Below, piece after piece: positions 17,704 to 24,944 of a stretch of 24,944 nt of DNA. Within the stretch, counting starts at the first letter, position 1, and every line of letters begins with the position of its first letter. Both the position numbers and the translations under genes were made by a program. The stretch comes from Chloroflexota bacterium. Its GTDB lineage: Bacteria > Chloroflexota > Anaerolineae > UBA1429. The stretch is taken from contig JAAZBQ010000155.1 of assembly GCA_012513725.1 (NCBI GenBank), positions 1 through 24,944 on the forward strand, read 5' to 3'. The notes under the pieces were generated by a model. The model ran no database searches, was not told where the DNA came from, and saw nothing but the letters and a program-made list of their open reading frames with translations.

Positions 17704-18594
17704 GTGTGGAACCGCGTCGTTCTCCTCATCGCCGGCGTAGCATGCGGCTGGAACCTCGTTCACGTCCTCTCGGCGCCGGCCGACCGGGCGCGGCGCCACC
17801 GGGTGTGGGTCGCACTCGCCGTCGTGGCGGGCATCGGGATGAGCGCCGCGCTGGTGCCCTCCGGCGGCGTAGGGGCGTTCGTGTTGGGGCTGGTGGTGTT
17901 CTTGGGCAGCGCAGTGGTGGCCTATGCCGGCAACGCCCGGGAGCTGGGCAAGGAGGAGGACCCCCTGCCGCGGCCGCGCCCCGAGCCCCCCACCTCCGGA
18001 GATCCGCGTCCGGTGGTGATCCTGGTGGCCGACGGCGAGCCGGAGACCTACACGGGGCCCGGCCCGTGGGCCCGCGAGTGGCGCCGGCGGGCCCACGCCG
18101 GCCCAGAGGCCGCGCCGCACTGGCTCCTCCGCCCCCTGACCTATACGCGCATCCGCGCGGCCTATGGCGTGCTGCCTCCAGAGGAGACGGTCCAGGGCTG
18201 GCTGAGCACCCTCGCCCGGCGGCTTGACCGATCCCTCGGTGGCGAGTATCGTGTGCAGGAGGCGTTCCTGCGCATTTCCCCTTCGCTGGCCTCTACGCTG
18301 TTTCATCTTGCCGAAGACGGCCACCGCACGGTGCTCCTGGTTCCGGTCGGCTATGCTCAGGACGTTGCCGCACCCTTGCGCGAAGTGGTGACGCGCTCGC
18401 GGGTGCGTGAGGTGGGCGTCTCGGTGGACTATGCACCGGTGCTCGGCATCGATTCGGACGTTGCCGATGTACTGGGCGCCCGCCTGCCCGCCCTGGCCCG
18501 CGGTCAGGCGCCGCCCCGACTGGCGGACTATGCCGACGCCCTGCAGGCCGAAGCGGAGCAACGCGTCGCGGCGTGGGACGTACGGCCTTCCTGA
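17704..18594 (+). CDS. Membrane-anchored protein with a ferrochelatase/class II chelatase-like domain
   Basis: Three N-terminal hydrophobic helices, Pro-rich linker, then [12 protein letters not shown] ... RIRAAY ... V.EAFL...PSL...L..L...G...VLLVPV, which resembles the first Rossmann-like domain of HemH. Confidence 0.6.
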   Translation: MWNRVVLLIAGVACGWNLVHVLSAPADRARRHRVWVALAVVAGIGMSAALVPSGGVGAFVLGLVVFLGSAVVAYAGNARELGKEEDPLPRPRPEPPTSGDPRPVVILVADGEPETYTGPGPWAREWRRRAHAGPEAAPHWLLRPLTYTRIRAAYGVLPPEETVQGWLSTLARRLDRSLGGEYRVQEAFLRISPSLASTLFHLAEDGHRTVLLVPVGYAQDVAAPLREVVTRSRVREVGVSVDYAPVLGIDSDVADVLGARLPALARGQAPPRLADYADALQAEAEQRVAAWDVRPS

Positions 18595-18632
18595 CGCGGC
18601 TCGGCGGGCGTCCGAAAGGAGAGCGACTGGCT

Positions 18633-20108
18633 ATGGCCTCCACGAGCGCGACCACCGACCCCTGCACCGTAGTCGTCTTTGGTGCATCGGGCGACCTCAC
18701 CCATCGCAAGATCGTGCCGGCGCTCCACAGCCTGAGCTGCGAGGGGCTCCTCGACGAGCGCACCCGCATCGTGGGGGTGGCCCGTAGCGAACTCACCGAT
18801 GAGCAGATGCTCGAGGGGCTGTTCGAGGGAGTGCAAGATTACGCTCGGCTGGACCCCCACGCCTGCGACCTGTGGCCCGCCTTTGCCCCGCGGATCACCT
18901 ACCTGTCCGGTGGGTACGACGACCCCGATACCTACCGCCGGCTGGGGCGCCATCTCGAGGAGCTGGACGCCGAGCACGACACCGGGGGCAACCGCCTGTA
19001 CTACCTCGCCGTGCCCCCCCAGGTGTACGTCCAGATCGTCCGCCAACTGGGCGATGCGGGGTTGTGCCGCAGCGACAAGGGCTGGGTGCGCATGATCGTG
19101 GAAAAGCCCTTTGGGCACGACCTGGCCAGCGCCGAGGCCCTGAACGACGAGATCCATACCGTCCTCGACGAGGAGCAGATCTTTCGCATCGACCACTATC
19201 TGGGCAAAGAGACGGTCCAGAACCTGCTCCTGTTTCGCTTTGCCAACGCCATCTTTGAGCCGCTCTGGAACCGGAACTATATCGACCACGTGCAGGTGAC
19301 CATGGCCGAGTCGGGCGGCGTGGGGCATCGCGCCGGGTACTATGAGCGGGCCGGGGTGCTGCGCGACGTCTTTCAGAATCACCTCCTGCAACTCGTCACC
19401 CTGACCACCATGGAGCCCCCCAGCGCCCTGAATGGCAAGACCCTGCGTGACGAGAAGGTCAAGGTGCTGCAGGCTATCCGGCCGCTGGATCCAGAGGACT
19501 GCATCCTCGGCCAGTATGACGGGTACCGGCAGGAGCCGGGGGTGGACCGACGCTCCATGACCCCGACCTTTGCCGCGCTCAAGCTCCACGTGGACAACTG
19601 GCGGTGGCAGGGGGTGCCGTTCTACGTGCGCGGCGGCAAGGCGCTGGCTGCCACCACGACGGTGATCACCCTGCAGTTCAAGCGGGTGCCGCACCTCCTC
19701 TTCCTGGGGAACGCCGAGCCGCAGCCCAATCGGCTCTGCCTGTTCATCCAGCCCGACGAGGGCATCAGTCTGACCTTTGATACCAAAGTGCCCGGTGGGG
19801 GGATGCGCTCACAGCCGGTGAGCATGACCTTCCGGTACGACGAGACCTATGGCGAGCGGGCCCTGCCCGAAGCCTATGAACGGCTCCTCCTGGACGCCAT
19901 GCAGGGCGACGCCGGGCTGTACGCCCGCTCCGACGAGATCGAGTTGGCCTGGGGATTGATGGAGCCCCTGCTGGACCGCGGCATCCCGCACCTCTACACC
20001 TGGGGCAGCCGGGGGCCGGCCGAGGCGCAGGCGTTCATGGCGCGCGATGGGCGCCAGTGGGTCGACGCGCAGTGTGAGGCCGCCGGCGTGCGCTGCGGCG
20101 AGCGCTGA
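18633..20108 (+). CDS. zwf: Glucose-6-phosphate 1-dehydrogenase
   Basis: [62 protein letters not shown]; AAAGGAG RBS. Confidence 0.97.
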   Translation: MASTSATTDPCTVVVFGASGDLTHRKIVPALHSLSCEGLLDERTRIVGVARSELTDEQMLEGLFEGVQDYARLDPHACDLWPAFAPRITYLSGGYDDPDTYRRLGRHLEELDAEHDTGGNRLYYLAVPPQVYVQIVRQLGDAGLCRSDKGWVRMIVEKPFGHDLASAEALNDEIHTVLDEEQIFRIDHYLGKETVQNLLLFRFANAIFEPLWNRNYIDHVQVTMAESGGVGHRAGYYERAGVLRDVFQNHLLQLVTLTTMEPPSALNGKTLRDEKVKVLQAIRPLDPEDCILGQYDGYRQEPGVDRRSMTPTFAALKLHVDNWRWQGVPFYVRGGKALAATTTVITLQFKRVPHLLFLGNAEPQPNRLCLFIQPDEGISLTFDTKVPGGGMRSQPVSMTFRYDETYGERALPEAYERLLLDAMQGDAGLYARSDEIELAWGLMEPLLDRGIPHLYTWGSRGPAEAQAFMARDGRQWVDAQCEAAGVRCGER

Positions 20109-20136
20109 GCCCCGGCCACGGAGCGGCGCAACGGAT

Positions 20137-20180
20137 ACGGGCACTCTAGAGCGATGCTCTATAGAGTGCCCGTTCGTTTC
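20137..20180. terminator. Intrinsic terminator between convergent zwf and the AAA+ gene
   Basis: 12-bp stem ACGGGCACTCTA/TAGAGTGCCCGT plus inner GAGC-GAT-GCTC, followed by TCGTTTC. Confidence 0.7.
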
Positions 20181-20200
20181 TGTGCGGCGCCGGCGCGGGG

Positions 20201-21394
20201 TCAGCGTCGGTCGCGGGGTTCCTGCTTGTTCGTCGAGGTCTGCTGGGTCGAGCCGCCGCCCGATCCGGTGGCCACGGCCTTGCCGTCTCCAGATGACTCT
20301 TCCCTGGCCCGCTCCATCTCGCGCTCGTGCTCCAGGGCGATGGCCAGGAGTCGCTCGCTGCGCTCATAGTAGATGGCCAGCTCCTTGCCGAACTCCGTCT
20401 CGCCGGTAGCGTCGATCCAGACCTCGGCGCCCTTGGGTATGCCGCCGGAGGCCAGCATGTCGGCCAGGGGGGCCTCTACCTCTTTCATCAGCCGGGCCCG
20501 CAAGGGGCGCGCGCCGAACTCGGGCGTAAAGGCCTTGTGCAGCACCAGGTCCTTGGCACGCTCCGTCATGTGCACCTGCAGGCCCTGCTTCAGGTAGCTC
20601 TCATTGGCCTCCTCGATCATGCTGTCGAGGATCATCTGCAGCGTTTCGAACGAGAGGGGCCGGAAGGCGATCGTCTCGTCGATGCGGTTGAGCCACTCGG
20701 GCGAGAACACCTTTTGCAGCGACTCGCTCCCGATGGAGTAGATGTTGGCCCCCATCTTCTCGGCCGTGTCGGCGCGCGAGGCAAAGCCCAGCCGGCGACC
20801 CTGGATGTAGTCCACCATCTCCCGTGCACCCGAGTTGGTGGTCATGATGATGATGCTCTGGCGAAAGTTGACGCGCTGGCCGCCGTTCAGCAGGGTGACT
20901 TCGCCGTCCTCCATGATCTGGAGCATGAGGTGGCGGAACTCGGTCGACGCCTTTTCGATCTCGTCGAACAGGATGACGCTGTTCGGGATGCTGATGATCT
21001 CGGGGTCAAAGAGCGGCTTCTGGTCGCGCCCGACATAGGCCGGGGGCGCGCCGACGAGCGCCGCGATCTCGTGTCCCTGGCTAAAGAGGCTGCAGTCGAT
21101 CTTGAGGAACGCCTTCTGATCGGGATGCAGGTACTCGGCCAGACGCTTGGCCGTCTCCGTCTTGCCTACGCCCGTGGGGCCCAGGAAGAGGAGCACGGCG
21201 ATCGGACGATCCACCCGACCCGCCGCAAAGCCGTACTGTGCGCGGTTGAACGCACGGACGATGCTCTCGATCGCGCGCTCCTGCCCAAAGATCCGCTTGT
21301 GCAGAAAAGCATCCAGCCGATCCAGAGGGTTCTCCTGCCCGCGCTCGGCCTTTTGCGCCGTGGCGGGGATCGTCACCTGGGTATCGTTCTCCAT
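20201..21394 (-). CDS. Single-domain Clp/Hsp100-type AAA+ ATPase (NBD2/D2 only, 397 aa)
   Basis: IFGQERAIESI..A, LFLGPTGVGKTE.AK.LA, IDCS, LVGAPPAYVG, ILFDEIEKA, IIMTTNSG, PEWLNRID, FGARPLR. No N-domain, NBD1 or M-domain. Confidence 0.88.
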   Translation of the reverse strand: MENDTQVTIPATAQKAERGQENPLDRLDAFLHKRIFGQERAIESIVRAFNRAQYGFAAGRVDRPIAVLLFLGPTGVGKTETAKRLAEYLHPDQKAFLKIDCSLFSQGHEIAALVGAPPAYVGRDQKPLFDPEIISIPNSVILFDEIEKASTEFRHLMLQIMEDGEVTLLNGGQRVNFRQSIIIMTTNSGAREMVDYIQGRRLGFASRADTAEKMGANIYSIGSESLQKVFSPEWLNRIDETIAFRPLSFETLQMILDSMIEEANESYLKQGLQVHMTERAKDLVLHKAFTPEFGARPLRARLMKEVEAPLADMLASGGIPKGAEVWIDATGETEFGKELAIYYERSERLLAIALEHEREMERAREESSGDGKAVATGSGGGSTQQTSTNKQEPRDRR

Positions 21395-21428
21395 ACAACT
21401 CCGTCCTTCCAATACGTGATCTCGCACG

Positions 21429-21445
21429 TTTAGATGGTATCTAAA
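21429..21445. promoter_or_regulatory. Perfect palindrome TTTAGAT-N3-ATCTAAA (candidate operator)
   Basis: 7-3-7 inverted repeat between the minus-strand -10 box and the RBS of the AAA+ gene. Confidence 0.55.
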
Positions 21446-21455
21446 TCGTTGCATG

Positions 21456-21469
21456 TCGATTATAGCACA
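21456..21469 (-). promoter_or_regulatory. Extended -10 promoter TGTGCTATAAT of the AAA+ gene
   Basis: Minus strand TGTGCTATAATCGA, identical to the 14-mer at 16727-16740. Confidence 0.65.
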
Positions 21470-21557
21470 AGGGGGCAGTTCGGGCGAGAATCGTGTATAC
21501 GATAATACTACTGTCTACATCGTTGGCGTGTTAGCGCCCGTAGGGCCGCGAAACCGC

Positions 21558-21585
21558 TTGACGTAAGCCTGGAGGCGGGTATACT
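21558..21585 (+). promoter_or_regulatory. Sigma70-type promoter of gltX
   Basis: TTGACG (21558-21563), 16 bp, TATACT (21580-21585). Confidence 0.6.
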
Positions 21586-21698
21586 CGCCCCTGGAAGAGG
21601 CAAGGACGTCTACCGTGCCCCCGCAGCGATGCCGCGCGGGGGCAGGTTCGTCCCCACGCAAGAGCAGTGGCCTGGGGTCGGAGCGGAAAGGGGATGAG

Positions 21699-23207
21699 GT
21701 GAGCGATACATCACGGCCGGTGCGGGTGCGCATCGCGCCCAGCCCCACGGGCAACGCCCACGTGGGCACGGCGCGCAACGCGCTCTACAACCTACTGCTG
21801 GCCCGCCAGCACGGCGGCCAATTCATCCTACGCATCGACGATACGGATGTCAAACGCTCCACCGCCGCCTCGGAACAGGGGGTATACGAGGGCCTCCGCT
21901 GGTTGGGCCTCGACTGGGACGAGGGGCCCGACGTCGGCGGTCCCCGGGGACCCTATCGCCAGTCGGAGCGCCTGCCCCTCTACCGCGCGGCGGCCCAGCG
22001 CCTCTTGGACGCCGGCCGCGCCTATCGGTGTTTCTGCACCCCGGAGGAGCTCGCCGCCGAGCGCCAGGCGGCCCGGGCGACCGGGCGCCCGCCGGTGTAC
22101 AGTGGGCGCTGTCGGCGGCGCTCCGCGGCCGAGGTGGAGGACCTCCTGGCCCGGGGCAGGTCCCACGTCCTGCGTCTGGCCATCGAGCCCGGCATGATGG
22201 CCTTCACCGACCTGGTCCAGGGGCGCGTCGAGCAGGACGCCGGGCTGTTGAGCGACCCGGTGATCGTCAAGGCCAATGGCGTGCCCGTCTACTCGTTCGC
22301 CACGGTGGTGGATGAGCAGGAGATGGCCATCTCCCACGTCCTGCGCAGCGCCGAGCACATCTCGAACACCTTTCCCCAGTTGCAGATCTACGAGGCGCTG
22401 GGCTACCCGCCGCCCGAGTTCGCCCACCTGGGGCTCCTGCTGAACCCCGATCGCTCCAAGATCTCCAAGCGCACCGGCGCCGTCTACATCGGCGAGTTTC
22501 GCGACGAGGGCTACCTGCCCGAGGCCATGATCAACCACCTGGCGCTCAGTGGCTGGAGCCCCGGCACCGATCGGGAGATCTACTCCCTCGACGACCTCCT
22601 AGAGGCATGGTCCCTCGAGCGCTGCAGCGCGGCGAACGCCATCTTTGATCGCCAGAAGCTGTTGTGGCTGAACGGCCACTACCTGCGGCGCCTGCCGGTG
22701 GACGACCTCGCCCGGCGCGCCTGGCCGTTCCTCCGGCGCGCCGGCCCGGTGGGCGAGGCACCCACCGGTGGAGATGTGGCCCGGGTGCGGGCCATCGCCG
22801 GCCTGGAGCAGGAGCGCCTCAAGACTCTGGGCGAGCTGCCCGAGGCGGCGGCGTTCTTTTGCCAGGACCCATCCCCCGCCGATTCCCTCGCGGCGCTCCA
22901 GGAGAACCGCTTTGCCCGGCGCCACACCCTGGCGGAACACCGCGAGGCGCTGGAGGGCTTGGCGGAAGCCCTCGATGAGTTGCCCCCCGCCGACTGGGCG
23001 CCGGAGGGCATCGAGGGCGTGCTCGAGGCGCGGGTCGAATCCCTGGGGTGGAAGCGGGGCGAGGTGTACATGCCCGTGCGCATCGCCGTCAGCGGGCGCA
23101 CGGCAACGCCCTCGCTGCCCGAGACGATGGCCCTGATCGGCCGGGAGGCCGTGCTCCGCAGGGTGCGGGCCCTGGTAGCGTGGATTGATGAGCAGGCGAT
23201 CGGGTGA
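21699..23207 (+). CDS. gltX: Glutamate--tRNA ligase
   Basis: RVRIAPSPTG, HIGH-like HVGT, LRIDDTD, GPYRQSER, CFCT...CR Zn motif, HVLR..EH..NT, KMSKS-like KISKR. GTG start with GAGG RBS. Confidence 0.95.
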   Translation: MSDTSRPVRVRIAPSPTGNAHVGTARNALYNLLLARQHGGQFILRIDDTDVKRSTAASEQGVYEGLRWLGLDWDEGPDVGGPRGPYRQSERLPLYRAAAQRLLDAGRAYRCFCTPEELAAERQAARATGRPPVYSGRCRRRSAAEVEDLLARGRSHVLRLAIEPGMMAFTDLVQGRVEQDAGLLSDPVIVKANGVPVYSFATVVDEQEMAISHVLRSAEHISNTFPQLQIYEALGYPPPEFAHLGLLLNPDRSKISKRTGAVYIGEFRDEGYLPEAMINHLALSGWSPGTDREIYSLDDLLEAWSLERCSAANAIFDRQKLLWLNGHYLRRLPVDDLARRAWPFLRRAGPVGEAPTGGDVARVRAIAGLEQERLKTLGELPEAAAFFCQDPSPADSLAALQENRFARRHTLAEHREALEGLAEALDELPPADWAPEGIEGVLEARVESLGWKRGEVYMPVRIAVSGRTATPSLPETMALIGREAVLRRVRALVAWIDEQAIG

Positions 23208-23282
23208 GCGCCCGGCGACGTGGCCGAACGCGTCCGGTACACGACATAACGAGTGAATCGTGTCAGATAGGAGGGTACGGCC

Positions 23283-24335
23283 ATGATCGTTGAGATGCGG
23301 CGGGGAGCCACCCAAGAGCAGGTGGACGCGGTGGTGGAGCGCGCCCGCTCCTACGGCTGCGAGGTGCAGCTGAACATCGGCACCGACAAGGTGGTGGCGG
23401 CCATCTTGGGGAGCGACACGGGCAGCCTCTCCACGGATATGTTCGCCGTGCTGCCCGGGGTGCAGTCCGTCACCCGGGTGATGGTGCCCTACAAGCTCGC
23501 CTCCCACGAGTTCAAGCCCGGGCCGACGGTGGTGCACATCGGTGGCGCGGCCATCGGCGGGCCGCACCTGGTGGTGATGGCCGGGCCCTGCTCCATCGAA
23601 TCCCACGAGCAGTTGCTCTCCACCGCCCGGCACGTCCGTCGGGTGGGCGCCACCGTCCTCCGCGGCGGGGCGTTCAAGCCGCGCACCTCGCCGTTCTCCT
23701 TCCAGGGCATGGGGCTCGAGGCGGTGCGTCTCCTGGACGTCGTCCGGCAGGAGACGGGCCTGCCCGTGGTCAGCGAGATCACCAGTCCCTCCCTCCTCGA
23801 CGCCATGGTCGAGCACGTGGACGCCTTGCAGATCGGCACGCGCAACATGCAGAACTATGCGCTCCTCAGCGCCGTGGGGCAGAGCGGCAAGCCCTGCATC
23901 CTGAAGCGCGGGCTGGCGGCCACCGTCACCGAGTGGCTGCAGGCCGCCGACTATTTGCTGGCCACGGGGAACGACCAGGTTATCCTCTGCGAGCGGGGCA
24001 TCCGCACGTTCGAGACCAGCACGCGGTTCACCCTGGATATCGCGTCCGTTGGCGTGGTCAAGCGTGCGTCGCACCTGCCGGTCATCGTGGACCCCAGCCA
24101 CGCCGCCGGCCACTATGCCCTGGTGCCGACCCTGGCCCGCGCGGCGGTGGCGGCCGGCGCCGACGGGCTGCTCATCGAGGTGCACCCCGACCCGGTGAAC
24201 GCCCTTTCCGACGGCCTCCAGAGCCTGACCTTCAGCGACTTTGAGCGGCTGATGGGCGAGATCGGCGCCCTGGCCGCCGTGATGCAACGGCCCCTGGCGC
24301 CCGTCGCCGTGGAGGAGGGCCCTGCCGGTGACTAG
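23283..24335 (+). CDS. aroF: 3-deoxy-7-phosphoheptulonate (DAHP) synthase, type I-beta with N-terminal regulatory domain
   Basis: AGPCSIES, LRGGAFKPRTSP, QIGTRNMQN, LKRG, LCERGIRTF, VDPSH, EVHPDP, SDG; AGGAGG RBS. Confidence 0.95.
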   Translation: MIVEMRRGATQEQVDAVVERARSYGCEVQLNIGTDKVVAAILGSDTGSLSTDMFAVLPGVQSVTRVMVPYKLASHEFKPGPTVVHIGGAAIGGPHLVVMAGPCSIESHEQLLSTARHVRRVGATVLRGGAFKPRTSPFSFQGMGLEAVRLLDVVRQETGLPVVSEITSPSLLDAMVEHVDALQIGTRNMQNYALLSAVGQSGKPCILKRGLAATVTEWLQAADYLLATGNDQVILCERGIRTFETSTRFTLDIASVGVVKRASHLPVIVDPSHAAGHYALVPTLARAAVAAGADGLLIEVHPDPVNALSDGLQSLTFSDFERLMGEIGALAAVMQRPLAPVAVEEGPAGD

Positions 24336-24350
24336 TGCCCGGCGCTCCGC

Positions 24351-24944
24351 CTAGAACTCTGCCGTAGCGCCTCCCGCGAACGACTCCACCCGCCCGCCGT
24401 ACTCGCGCGTCAGGTAGTCGATCACGTTGCTGCCGGTGCAGTGGTTCAGGTACAGGTCGGGGCGCCCCTCGCCGGCCAGGTTCTCGACGATGGCCTCCAG
24501 TTCCGCAGGAGCGGCGTCTCGGAGGTGGGTGCCCCCGACGATCGCGCGTAGCGGCTCGTGGTGCGTGCGGCGCATCGTGGCCAGGGTGTTGCGCAGGCCG
24601 GCGTGGCAGCAGCCGCACAGGAGCACGATGCCCTCGCCCGCGCGGAGCACCAAGGAGATGTCGTCCGCGTAGGGGTCCGCCACGAGGCGTCCTCCCTGCA
24701 ACGTCTGGTGGAGGGGACTGCCGCCCGTTGGAAAGGGTCGCGGGTCGATGGTTGCGGTGGTCGTCACGCCCGGCAGCATCTCCTGCGGTTCCGCACAGAG
24801 GTGCAGGTCGGCATGGGCGGCCAGCGCCTCCATGTGTAGCGTGAGCCCGACGGCATAGAGCCCCTCGCGCACGCTGAAACGGGGGCGGCCGATCTCCGCG
24901 TGGGCGTAGATGGGCAGCCTCGGGCGCTCCTTTAGGAGGGCGGC
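24351..24944 (-). CDS. MBL-fold metallo-hydrolase (COG1237-like), 5' end beyond the window
   Basis: Frame open to 24944 (LPIYAH...PRFS). DDISLVL, LLCGCCHAG, IVGGTHL, HCTG motifs. Confidence 0.85.
   Translation of the reverse strand, partial: AALLKERPRLPIYAHAEIGRPRFSVREGLYAVGLTLHMEALAAHADLHLCAEPQEMLPGVTTTATIDPRPFPTGGSPLHQTLQGGRLVADPYADDISLVLRAGEGIVLLCGCCHAGLRNTLATMRRTHHEPLRAIVGGTHLRDAAPAELEAIVENLAGEGRPDLYLNHCTGSNVIDYLTREYGGRVESFAGGATAEF

Noticed and set aside
21586-21698. T-box riboswitch before gltX
   Set aside because: The leader is too short and lacks the T-box consensus and specifier stem.

Overview
GC-rich (about 65-72%) bacterial chromosomal window. Ribosomal protein S3 and the housekeeping genes look Chloroflexota/Anaerolineae-like (inference). 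Order: partial PRC-barrel gene, cofactor-independent phosphoglycerate mutase and Hsp20 (all minus strand); a stand-alone rpsC with its own promoter, 250-nt leader and terminator, outside the S10 operon; a lower-GC, CTAG-rich islet with an unknown membrane protein; yigZ, an OsmF/ProX-like binding lipoprotein, a methyl-THF:corrinoid methyltransferase and a hydantoinase-A-like ATPase; an N-ATPase-type operon (atpD-C-R-B-E-F(b-delta)-A-G, no atpQ) with several atypical subunits; a promoter-driven structured non-coding segment; VIT1/CCC1 transporter, membrane-anchored chelatase-like protein and zwf; a single-domain Clp-D2 AAA+ ATPase with a ClpP-docking-type LGF loop; gltX, aroF and a partial MBL-fold hydrolase. 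No tRNA, rRNA, CRISPR array, transposase or integrase was recognised. All calls come from motif reading by eye; no searches were run.
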